Shown here: one piece after another, positions 16,340-26,056 of the stretch
Layout: every line of letters begins with the position of its first letter
Numbering within the stretch: position 1 is the first letter of the stretch
Assembly: GCA_002415785.1 (NCBI GenBank)
Contig: DIAJ01000032.1
Coordinates: 61,142-125,141, forward strand
Direction: 5' to 3'
From: Flavobacteriales bacterium UBA5081
GTDB lineage: Bacteria; Bacteroidota; Bacteroidia; Flavobacteriales_E; Vicingaceae
Length of the DNA stretch: 64,000 nucleotides
Translations under genes and position numbers: made by a program
The notes under the pieces: model-generated
Told to the model about the DNA's origin: nothing
Seen by the model: only the letters and a program-made list of their open reading frames with translations
Database searches by the model: none

Positions 16340-19300
16340 TTAATATTTCAACGGATTAGGTCTACTACCACCTTTCATAATATAATCTTGATAATCAAAT
16401 GAAAAGTTTGTAGATCCTCTTTGGTGATAAGGAAGCTCTCTATCTCTATATGATGACCTAGGATTCTTTACACTAAATAAAGCATCTCCAAACTCGTTTG
16501 CCATAGTGCTCACATTAAGTCCAAGACGATATAGACCGATATGAATCTCATTTCCACTTATTGTTGTTGGGAGGTCATATTGCCCCCCCGTTTTGAAGTC
16601 CTCTACCTTAATAATGTCTTCCTCAGGATAAGATATGAGAGTCTCACCATATTGACCCTTATTTCCTGAAAATCCACTCTTTAACCCCACAATTATATCA
16701 ATCTCTTCGCCATTGAATGTTAAATTATTTAAAATATCAAACTCGGATTCATTTTTTGACTTAAATCCTTCAATTTGCTTATTAACTTTCTGGTATTTAT
16801 CATATAGTCTAAAGTTTCCTTTATTTGCCCGATATTCTTTTCTGGCAGCTCTTTTCTCCGATTTAGTTTGAGCATTATCAACCTTACTACTTAATTCTTC
16901 TTTCAATCCTTCATATTTCGCACCAGCTTGATATTTATTCTTCACACTATCTCCCAATGGATCAGAATACATAATCGGATTCCCTTGCATAATCGCATAC
17001 GGGCTAAAAGAAGTGTTTGGCTTAGGATCTAAATTCCATCTGTGAACTGCCCTTGGATCATATTCCCAAAATGGTGCTGTATAATGGTTTCCACTGCCGC
17101 TTACTTCGTCTGTTCGTTCCTGTCCGTTAAAGCCATAGGTGTAAGCATTTTCCTCCCTCATCGCTAGCGGCACAGTAGTATTCTCAAAAGTTTGCGTTAT
17201 TTTAATGTTACTAAGCGTTAGTACCAATGAATGTCTAGCATAAGGAGACTCTTTTACCAATAGGAATACTTCAAGTTCTCCTCTTCTTTGAATGCTATTA
17301 ATTTCATCTCCTTTCAAATCAAAGGTAATTACCTTATCATCTGCCTTAATAATTTCATCAACTGTAGCATCAGAACCGGCACTTGGACTACTTACAACTC
17401 CATCAATGAAGTCTAATTTTGCTGTTATCGGTCGACTCATAGTACCATTCATCTCAATTTCGATCCGATAATTTCCATCCGGGTCTATATTTTGAACAGT
17501 GTATGATAAAGGAATATCAATAAGTAACTTGAAATCTTTATTATCTCGCTGTTTAATTACATAGCTTTCAACATATTCTTGACCATAGATGTTCGTATTC
17601 GTTTCACAAATATCCTCCTCTAAGTCCATATCATAAGCATCACAATCTTTCAATAGCCCACTGTAGAGTAATTCAGTTACATCGGTGGTATAATCAATGT
17701 TTGTAAAGTTTCCGGAGCGGCTCATGATCTCCATACCAAAGGGATAGTAATCATACCTTCCCGTAACTTCCGGCTGAAAACCAATCGTGGTATCTACTGC
17801 ATGTGAACCCGGTGGTAATAGCTCCTGAGGATGCAACTTTTTGTCACTAAACGTAGCTACTACATTGCCCAAATGGTCACTTAATTCATATTGTTTACCG
17901 CCTAACTTGCGGCTATATATATTATCATCATCTTCACGCTTACTTTTGGCATTCATGGTGCCTAAACGAGAACTGCCGTAAATGTTATATGAAGAAGCTA
18001 ATAAATATAAACTATCCGACGGACAGCCCGCCAAACCAGGAAAGATAACATCTAAAGCACCTTCTAATTCTTTTGCATAAGCATAAGGACTCAGATGAGA
18101 CACACCACTTAATGCAGTATTTAAAGTATCGTAATAATAGTGCTGTTTAACACTCTTATTAATGTGATACTCCTCAAAATAGTGAATAAGATTTACAAGA
18201 TTTTCTGAGGAATGAAGTGCCTCTTTGCTATATGAATCGTCCTGAATTATATTAATAAAGTCACTAATATTTGCTCTTAATGCGCTAATTACATAAGGGT
18301 AGTAATTGCCCGGTGAGCTTTGATATAAGCTTATATCATTTAAATTAAGTGTTTCTAAGTAATTAAGCATTGGATTGATTATTCCCCATGAAGCATAATC
18401 CAAATGTATGAAATATTTTAGGAAATCACCATTGGTATCATAAGTAAAGTCAAGGGTGTAACTCAATGGTTCAAATGGATTTAATTGCCCAATGTCAATT
18501 TGGGACTCTACATCGTGGTAGGCATGAGCACCGTGAATTAAAAACATTAAACTGTTTAGAGCATCTAAATCATTCTGATTAAGCCAAGAGTATGCATTGT
18601 AAAAATGATTCAAATCAATCAATTGCATTACTTCTTCTAAAACACTACCATCCATATTACCAAGGATTAGTAAGGCTTTAATCTTTCTAATTAAATCTGC
18701 TACCCCATTAGGATCATTATTTTCTAACCGGGAGTTAAGTTGCTCCATTAGTTGACCTAATTGGTCAATTAAAAAACCGGAATCATGGATGGCTGCTTCC
18801 ATAATGTCAAACTCGCCGGCAGAAATATCCAAAAGATTCTGAATCATAGTTAAATCTCCCATAGCATATAATTCAGCTATAATGTCTCTATATGCTTCAT
18901 AAAAATAAATTGCATTTTCTCCTTGATCTGATAATGAATAATATGAAGTAAAATTGTTATTATAACTGGAGTAAAAATTCTGAATATCATTATTTTCAAT
19001 TAAGTAACGAATATAAACTTCATGCTTGTTATTCACTGCCATTATAAAACTTGAACCAGATGAAGGGTCATAAAAGATATCTGCCCAATATTGTGGATCT
19101 TCATCAAAGATACGAAGCGCAGCTCCCGGATACAAGCCTATGTATTGGCTTACATCCATATAGTGTATTATGGTATCCCGAATATTGGGAACCATGTCTA
19201 AATAGGCAACTGCCTCATTTTTTAATTCATCTTTTTTACTAAATTGATTCAACAAGAAATAAAAAAAAGCATCTTCACCAATCTGTTCTATTGCATTTAG

Positions 19301-22300
19301 GGTATAGTACCCATAGCTTTCTGAAAATTGATAATAATAGTCTCCCAAAGTATCATCTCCGGCAAACAACTGACAGTTACGCTCTTCATAAGTTGTTAAT
19401 ACATTCCCTTGTGCATCCCTTACATAATAGGTCGTTCTTAAGTAACTTCTTCCGTCTTCAATAAAGCTAACTGTCTTTTTAACGCGGTTTCCCATTCCAT
19501 CATATTCAAAGGCTAAATCAGCTTTTTGTCTGGTTGGATTTGTACGAACAATTCGTTTCACTTTACCATTTGGAAACCAACGAATTTTACATATACCTTC
19601 AGCAATATCCGCAGAAAGATTACCTATTTCGTCATAACTATAATTAGACATCGACTGATTGTCAATATCGTTTCCAAAAGCTTCAGCGGAAACCGTATCA
19701 GTAACATAACTTAGTTTATCAGTACTATTGATGTAATGGTAATTCATCACATCCATAAATCGTTCTTTTTCCCCATCAAAGCGGGTCAGTTCCGTCAAGT
19801 TACCATTTTTGTCATATTCATAAGTTGATGTATTTCCATTCATCATGACTCCATCCCAACTCTTTGACGCTTCATCAACATTATACTCATTCATCTCCGT
19901 CAAGCGGTTCAATTGGTCATAAATGTATTGCCTGCCATAAGTCATTTCTTGATTGTGTAAACTTATGGCGGCAATATTGCCATTATACAAATCAGAGTGC
20001 CCACTGTGTTGAATTAGGAAATCATTGTTACTTCCTATAGGTTCATAGTCATTTTGGTTGTATTGTATGGAGAAACCAAAAGCATCGGAGGCAAATACAT
20101 TATCTTTTTCGTGATCCATGCCCATATCTGCATTTTTATGCCCGGCATTCACAGACTTTACCCAACCTTGCAAAGTGTAGGCATAGTCTATACCCTGAAC
20201 GTTGTGCTCTCCTATTTCAGTTCGAGCCAAGGGCCCATGTAAATAATATTCATAGTTTGCATCTTCATCCCAAATAATTCCATCACGGCTCGTTTCTACT
20301 TTTGTAATCCGGTTTTCCGCATCGTATTCATAGCGGTGATAAAAAGCGTCTTTTAAACCAAGCTGATAATAAACCTGAAGTACATTGCCACTAATTACAT
20401 CATAATCATAATCGATTCGTTTGAATCGGTCGAAGTTTCGATTCATGTTTCCTTGCTGATAGAAATCATTCACCAATGTCTTCACATTACCGGTTGGATC
20501 ATAACTGTAATGTGTAGCAAACTCCCAATTGCGATAAGCTAATGTAGTTGTATCATCCAAAACCGGATAATAAGCCTGTGTAGAAAGCCTGGAGCGAAGG
20601 TTCTTTTGTTCAAAGCCATAAGATGATTCATCAAGAATTGTCGAATCATAAAAACTACGAACAACATCGTTTCGGACTTTGCTTTGAATGACAGAATCTA
20701 AATCTACCTTTTCGTTACCCATAATTTCAAGGACGCTTATTGCGTGTATGTCTTCCCAACTTAAGTCAGAAAGTTCATTTAAAGTCACTTCTCCTACTTC
20801 AATCACCCGGCTTTGAGCGTCATAAATGGTATAAGAAAAGGCATTAACCGAACGTTGTTTCGCATTTTGGCTAAATACTAAACGGCCGGCTTTATCGTAC
20901 CAAAAATGAGTGGTGTCGGAATTCGGTGTTACCTGACGAATAATGTTATTGTCTGAGTTATACTTGTATGTTGTTCGTTTTGTATGGTTAGGCAATACCG
21001 GGGCACCACTTCCATTGCGATAAGCTGCAATATCGTCTGAAACTGTTCCATCATAATTAACTAGAAAATTGGTATCTATGCCATCAGGCGGAACAGTCAT
21101 GACTAAGTTACCCGCTTGATCGTAATAGTAAAGTGTGAATTGGCGTTCAGAAGAACCGTAGGTCATATTCAGAAACTGATTTGTAAAGGCTTTCGTTGTG
21201 TCTTGATTCAAACAAAAACGGCGGTAATCCTTCCTAAAGGTTCCTTCTTGTTCTTCCAAGTATTTTTGATATTTTATTTGTGCTTTAGCAAGAGCATCTG
21301 AATACTTTAAATCTTCACAACTTTCTTTGACCGGAAACTCTCCCCTCCCTTGATAATCTCCCAATAACACTTGTCCGATTTTTTGGGCTGTAGCAAAGGG
21401 CTTGGCGCTTCCGGCAATTAACTCACCTCCATCTATCCCGCCTACATGAAGACGAACGTACTGCATAGCTTCTTGGTCAAAAATTGGTGATATTGAGTCG
21501 AAATAACTCCAGTAAGGTGAAGTATTATTTATATAAAGATCACTTAAGTAATAAACTGCATTGTATGGCTGATAGTAAAAATAGTAATCGTTATAATATG
21601 AAGAATCTGACATATTTAACAAACGCAGCCAGATTGTTCCATTTGAATATTGATATGCTCGATCTAAAATAAGACTTCTAGATATTGTGAATGATTCTAC
21701 CGATAAATATCTTGTAATATTCAACTCTCTTGCCTGCATCATCTGGGCTGAATCCTCAATATCAGGAAGTAAATCATCATATTGTTTAATAAAATAAAAT
21801 AGATCAATTAGAGTGTCCTTAATTTTATCAAGTTGAGCTACTCCATTTTCTAAATAATATAAATTGTACTGCCCATTTTCCAAATTAACCTCTCCCAGAC
21901 CTAAATAATCCGTAGCAGATGAAAAAGAATAGGGGGTTCCTGACAAACCGGCATTGATAATGCTATCCCGTTCCTGATCGCTTAACTGATTATAATATAC
22001 ATCAGGATGATTGACCACAGCTGTTCTTATGGCCGCCACTTTTCCGGTGTCACTCCAACTCACCGTATCTCCAAATACAGTAGTGTCTCCTTCCAAAACA
22101 CAACTGCCTGCCATTTTATAAAACTCATAAAAAGAAAGGTTTAACCCCAATCGGTTATTCATCCAGTTTTTGTACTGCTTTTGCTCTGTATTTGTAATAC
22201 TCAACATGCCGGGGCTAAGTACCCGAGGCACTTGCATTGTTGTATTAATTATAAAGTCGTTGTGTGCACTTAAAAAATCAGCACAATGATATAGCCCCAA

Positions 22301-25300
22301 AGTAGAACCGTTCGGGCAATCAAATATTGGACTGGGATTTGTGCTTGATGTATCCATGAAATGTGTCCTGAAATCAGAAACAACAGATGATAGGTTTATG
22401 GAATACGGACTACAAAGCAAGATAGAATCACCCAATAAAGTATCTAAGTATCCAAAAGGCTCACAAACTATTAGTAAAGAATCAATATTATTGACAAACA
22501 AGGCTGAATCAAGTGGATCTATACACCCCTCAGCAAGTAAAAGTGAATACACTTCTTCTCCAACTAATGTTGAATCGAAAATATTCATCAGGCTATCTGC
22601 AATGCCATCAAGACCTTGTTTTTCTATTAATTCTGCTTTAAGTCCCTGATAGCCTACAAAGTGATCATATTTTCTGTATCGGATAGCATTGGTATCATCT
22701 ATCCAAGGGTAATGATAATTGCTGGAATCAGCACCATAACAATAAAGCGTTGAGTCGGGGATTGGAACAAAAATTAAAGAATCTGAAGCTCCACCTGTAG
22801 TATCTATCGGTGCATGAGACTCAAAGCAAACCACACTGTTTAACACATCCTCAATCATACTACTCCGGGCAGCAAGATATAAGTCTCTAAATGCTAGAAA
22901 TTTATCTTCTTCTGATTGCGCCACCATAAAAGCAAATTCCAAAATGCTTTTGTTTCTTGCTGTATCTGTTGGTTGAGCACCTAAATAATTACTAAAATAA
23001 GTCAATAACGCATGGGGAGAACTTTCAATAAATTCAAGTGCATTAGATGAAAAATTTCTATTTTCAGGTAAATAAGCATACTCATAATAAAAGCTGGAAT
23101 CTATAAAATTATATATTGAATGATTATAATTGGTATACAATCCTTTCGTAAATAAGGTTAACATTAAGGTATCATAATTAAATATAACCGTTTTAAATTC
23201 ACCGGGAATAATTGAATCATATTTAGCTGTATCATGTTCAGCTAGTAATGTACTAACAATTAAAGAGTCATCATAAAATAGAGAGTCTGCGATAGGATTA
23301 GCATATATATCTTTATTCACTGAATCTATAAAATACCCTCCTTTCTTTAAGTTTCTATGCAAATGACGGATTGAGTTACTTCTCTTTAATATACTTGTAA
23401 AACGTACACTTTCTTCGTTGTTATATTTACGGCACAACTCTATTTGGCAATAGGTAGGATGATATTGGATCAATAGATCTGCCATACGATTATCGTATTG
23501 TTCAAAAGTTAACACACCCGGCTCATAAAGTGAGCCGTTAAAATCCTCAAGAAGAAAAATAAACTCAGACTTAGAAATATCTTGAGCCAATTCATAACAC
23601 CCACTAACCTCCATCAGCCTATCATAAATATAAATTGCAACATTATCATCCAATCTTGCTCCTTTAACAAAAGCTCCATCCGGATAATAAAAATCTTCCT
23701 TTAAGGACTGTTCAATATCAAAACAAGGGTCTTCAAAGTCTGTTCCACTAATATAGTCCGTTTCACAAGTGGTAAAGTCAGTACTATCTAATTCGAGGTT
23801 CTGAAAATACTCCAAACTCAATACACTACAATTTTCATTTGCTTTGTAACTCTCCACATAAGTTTCAATGGGATATTCCAAATACTTCAAACGTTTAATT
23901 ACAGAGTATTGCCGCTGAGCCTCCAACTGTACATATATCCTATTGTTGTATAAAGTATCGCTGCTGTTTGATTTATAGGTCAGCTCATCCAATGCGTAAT
24001 TTCCACTAAAACAAGTGTCCGACCGAAAAATGCTATCCTTTGCCTCCAACACCAACTCATTGGCGTCATTTATAATCTGAAAAACAACTTCATAATGGCA
24101 ATCGTAACACAAACTGCTGTCGCAAGTTTGAAAAGAAGCTAAGTCGATCCCGTATTCAAATTGATAAATTGCCCCGGAAGGCACAAAAAACGAATGGCTT
24201 AATTCAAAAGTGCCGGACCTGTTATCCACTTTTTCAGCACCAGCAGTCAATAAATTTTCAGTAAAGTTTGAAGTGTTAAAAGGAATACTGTCCATATTTG
24301 CAGATGCGTTAGGCAGCCCGTCAATGGAGGTAGCAATGACATTATCGTTAATATCAATGTAACTGATGTTCATCACTCCATTCGGATCAACCCGGATGTT
24401 CTTTTTATAGGCATCCACCTCACCTACATTGGAGCCAAACAAACGCTCCAAATCGGTTTTTGTTGGCTTTGCATAAGCATAACGCGTATTTTTACTTGCA
24501 TCTTGTGCATAACTGTCTCCCACATTATAAACAGTCTTTAACCGACCGGATCCATCTTCTAAAAAAGCATTCCGTTGATAAACATATCCCTTAGCATCCG
24601 GTAGGGACTTATATTTTTCATCTTTGTTCTTTAAATGATTCGTATCTGAAAAATAATAAGCCGCACCTTTGCTTGCCTTATTTAATTGGGGATATATATC
24701 ATAACCCAAACTGTCATAATGCTCTTTGAGCAGTTTAGAAAAATCAAAAAGGTTGGCACTGTCCTGATATGCGAGTTCAGTTGATCGGACAACAGGAGCA
24801 CTTAAAGTACTTATTACTTCATTGCCGTTATAATCGTAATAAGACTCAGCATTATGAATAATTGTCTGAAAAGGCAAAGAAGAATCCAATGCTATACCGG
24901 TTTGTGAATGAAAATCATTAACAATTGTATTCGACTGCCTGCTTTTGCCACTACCATCAAAGTAATCTATTGTTTCCCTTTTTTTGCTGCCTAAAGCATA
25001 GGCTGAGTTGTATCGCCAATTGATCTTTTCAAGCGTAGCAGAAGTATCCGAACCAATTACCAAAACATTTAAATTTGAGGTGGCATAAGCGTTTACGCTA
25101 TCATTCATGCTCCAAGCTCCATACTCAAAGCGGTTCAAGAGAGCCGATTCATTACTATTAATAACCGGCCGTTTTATTCTACCTCTTACCACGAGGTAAC
25201 CCGGAGCATACAACATACTTATCGGGAAAAAATTCTTATCCGTCAGGATTCTATTTGCTCCCCGGCTAAAGTCAATGTCTATGGTTTGTGAACTATTCGG

Positions 25301-26014
25301 ATTTTCTTCTGGAATATGGATTATTTCCAATTCATAAGTAGATGGCTGTGGAGCTTCACTCCAATTAATTACTGCTTCGTGTTTTTTCAACTCATTATTT
25401 GGATTAGAGGAATTGGATTGAACAAAAGCTGGATCCATTCCAGAATAACTTTTTGTCGAATACCTTCCCATTTCAACATACAATTGAAAGTTAATAGCAT
25501 TTAATGTTGCCGTATCAAGGTGATTGAAACCACTGATGTCAATACTTATTATAGCACTGTCCAGGTCATATAAGTCACGAGCAGTCAGTTGATCGTTATC
25601 TTTATTAAAAAAGTAGGTGGCTGTACTGTAGTCTTTTCTCGGAGACAAGCCTAATGTATTATCAGCAATATAGGTATCTGCCGTTTGGCTGCCTGACTCT
25701 GTTCCAAACACTTTCAGATTATAGTCAATGAATATGGATTCTAAAAGGGTAGCTTTAGTAACGTCCATATTCCTATAATACAAACGGGAAGATACATTGT
25801 AAAACAGATCAATGTAATTTCCTCCAGGAGTCTGTATATCGGAGATTATAATTTTCGCAGTATCTCCCGAAGCATTATCTACTAATTCTTTTAGCGTAAA
25901 TGTTTTTTCCCTGTTGTCCGGATTATGGATCAAGTCGGCTTCCTGAGCAAGTATATTCAAGCAAATTATTGACAGGAACAACAAGCTAACATATCTTATT
26001 TTAAAAACTTTCAT
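16340..26014 (-). CDS. Giant exported RHS/YD-repeat polymorphic toxin (TcC-like shell, Rhs core, variable C-terminal toxin domain)
   Basis: 3224 aa with signal peptide MKVFKIRYVSLLFLSIICLNILAQEA. Many YD repeats (YYYDQAGNLV, YKYNSDNNII, FWYDKAGRLV, YEYDAENRIT, YEYDKNGNLT, FEYDGMGNRV) are encoded from about nt 21135 down to 19390. The core motifs are IYGSSRLG, YELSDHLGNV, DYYPFGM and YTYGFNGQERTDE...YDPRAVHRWNLDP...MYSDPLGD, followed by a ~230-aa unique C-terminus. Confidence 0.9.
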   Translation of the reverse strand: MKVFKIRYVSLLFLSIICLNILAQEADLIHNPDNREKTFTLKELVDNASGDTAKIIISDIQTPGGNYIDLFYNVSSRLYYRNMDVTKATLLESIFIDYNLKVFGTESGSQTADTYIADNTLGLSPRKDYSTATYFFNKDNDQLTARDLYDLDSAIISIDISGFNHLDTATLNAINFQLYVEMGRYSTKSYSGMDPAFVQSNSSNPNNELKKHEAVINWSEAPQPSTYELEIIHIPEENPNSSQTIDIDFSRGANRILTDKNFFPISMLYAPGYLVVRGRIKRPVINSNESALLNRFEYGAWSMNDSVNAYATSNLNVLVIGSDTSATLEKINWRYNSAYALGSKKRETIDYFDGSGKSRQSNTIVNDFHSQTGIALDSSLPFQTIIHNAESYYDYNGNEVISTLSAPVVRSTELAYQDSANLFDFSKLLKEHYDSLGYDIYPQLNKASKGAAYYFSDTNHLKNKDEKYKSLPDAKGYVYQRNAFLEDGSGRLKTVYNVGDSYAQDASKNTRYAYAKPTKTDLERLFGSNVGEVDAYKKNIRVDPNGVMNISYIDINDNVIATSIDGLPNASANMDSIPFNTSNFTENLLTAGAEKVDNRSGTFELSHSFFVPSGAIYQFEYGIDLASFQTCDSSLCYDCHYEVVFQIINDANELVLEAKDSIFRSDTCFSGNYALDELTYKSNSSDTLYNNRIYVQLEAQRQYSVIKRLKYLEYPIETYVESYKANENCSVLSLEYFQNLELDSTDFTTCETDYISGTDFEDPCFDIEQSLKEDFYYPDGAFVKGARLDDNVAIYIYDRLMEVSGCYELAQDISKSEFIFLLEDFNGSLYEPGVLTFEQYDNRMADLLIQYHPTYCQIELCRKYNNEESVRFTSILKRSNSIRHLHRNLKKGGYFIDSVNKDIYANPIADSLFYDDSLIVSTLLAEHDTAKYDSIIPGEFKTVIFNYDTLMLTLFTKGLYTNYNHSIYNFIDSSFYYEYAYLPENRNFSSNALEFIESSPHALLTYFSNYLGAQPTDTARNKSILEFAFMVAQSEEDKFLAFRDLYLAARSSMIEDVLNSVVCFESHAPIDTTGGASDSLIFVPIPDSTLYCYGADSSNYHYPWIDDTNAIRYRKYDHFVGYQGLKAELIEKQGLDGIADSLMNIFDSTLVGEEVYSLLLAEGCIDPLDSALFVNNIDSLLIVCEPFGYLDTLLGDSILLCSPYSINLSSVVSDFRTHFMDTSSTNPSPIFDCPNGSTLGLYHCADFLSAHNDFIINTTMQVPRVLSPGMLSITNTEQKQYKNWMNNRLGLNLSFYEFYKMAGSCVLEGDTTVFGDTVSWSDTGKVAAIRTAVVNHPDVYYNQLSDQERDSIINAGLSGTPYSFSSATDYLGLGEVNLENGQYNLYYLENGVAQLDKIKDTLIDLFYFIKQYDDLLPDIEDSAQMMQARELNITRYLSVESFTISRSLILDRAYQYSNGTIWLRLLNMSDSSYYNDYYFYYQPYNAVYYLSDLYINNTSPYWSYFDSISPIFDQEAMQYVRLHVGGIDGGELIAGSAKPFATAQKIGQVLLGDYQGRGEFPVKESCEDLKYSDALAKAQIKYQKYLEEQEGTFRKDYRRFCLNQDTTKAFTNQFLNMTYGSSERQFTLYYYDQAGNLVMTVPPDGIDTNFLVNYDGTVSDDIAAYRNGSGAPVLPNHTKRTTYKYNSDNNIIRQVTPNSDTTHFWYDKAGRLVFSQNAKQRSVNAFSYTIYDAQSRVIEVGEVTLNELSDLSWEDIHAISVLEIMGNEKVDLDSVIQSKVRNDVVRSFYDSTILDESSYGFEQKNLRSRLSTQAYYPVLDDTTTLAYRNWEFATHYSYDPTGNVKTLVNDFYQQGNMNRNFDRFKRIDYDYDVISGNVLQVYYQLGLKDAFYHRYEYDAENRITKVETSRDGIIWDEDANYEYYLHGPLARTEIGEHNVQGIDYAYTLQGWVKSVNAGHKNADMGMDHEKDNVFASDAFGFSIQYNQNDYEPIGSNNDFLIQHSGHSDLYNGNIAAISLHNQEMTYGRQYIYDQLNRLTEMNEYNVDEASKSWDGVMMNGNTSTYEYDKNGNLTELTRFDGEKERFMDVMNYHYINSTDKLSYVTDTVSAEAFGNDIDNQSMSNYSYDEIGNLSADIAEGICKIRWFPNGKVKRIVRTNPTRQKADLAFEYDGMGNRVKKTVSFIEDGRSYLRTTYYVRDAQGNVLTTYEERNCQLFAGDDTLGDYYYQFSESYGYYTLNAIEQIGEDAFFYFLLNQFSKKDELKNEAVAYLDMVPNIRDTIIHYMDVSQYIGLYPGAALRIFDEDPQYWADIFYDPSSGSSFIMAVNNKHEVYIRYLIENNDIQNFYSSYNNNFTSYYSLSDQGENAIYFYEAYRDIIAELYAMGDLTMIQNLLDISAGEFDIMEAAIHDSGFLIDQLGQLMEQLNSRLENNDPNGVADLIRKIKALLILGNMDGSVLEEVMQLIDLNHFYNAYSWLNQNDLDALNSLMFLIHGAHAYHDVESQIDIGQLNPFEPLSYTLDFTYDTNGDFLKYFIHLDYASWGIINPMLNYLETLNLNDISLYQSSPGNYYPYVISALRANISDFINIIQDDSYSKEALHSSENLVNLIHYFEEYHINKSVKQHYYYDTLNTALSGVSHLSPYAYAKELEGALDVIFPGLAGCPSDSLYLLASSYNIYGSSRLGTMNAKSKREDDDNIYSRKLGGKQYELSDHLGNVVATFSDKKLHPQELLPPGSHAVDTTIGFQPEVTGRYDYYPFGMEIMSRSGNFTNIDYTTDVTELLYSGLLKDCDAYDMDLEEDICETNTNIYGQEYVESYVIKQRDNKDFKLLIDIPLSYTVQNIDPDGNYRIEIEMNGTMSRPITAKLDFIDGVVSSPSAGSDATVDEIIKADDKVITFDLKGDEINSIQRRGELEVFLLVKESPYARHSLVLTLSNIKITQTFENTTVPLAMREENAYTYGFNGQERTDEVSGSGNHYTAPFWEYDPRAVHRWNLDPKPNTSFSPYAIMQGNPIMYSDPLGDSVKNKYQAGAKYEGLKEELSSKVDNAQTKSEKRAARKEYRANKGNFRLYDKYQKVNKQIEGFKSKNESEFDILNNLTFNGEEIDIIVGLKSGFSGNKGQYGETLISYPEEDIIKVEDFKTGGQYDLPTTISGNEIHIGLYRLGLNVSTMANEFGDALFSVKNPRSSYRDRELPYHQRGSTNFSFDYQDYIMKGGSRPNPLKY

Positions 26015-26056
26015 AACAGTGTAGCGCTTTTCACATTTTATTAATTGATCAATATC

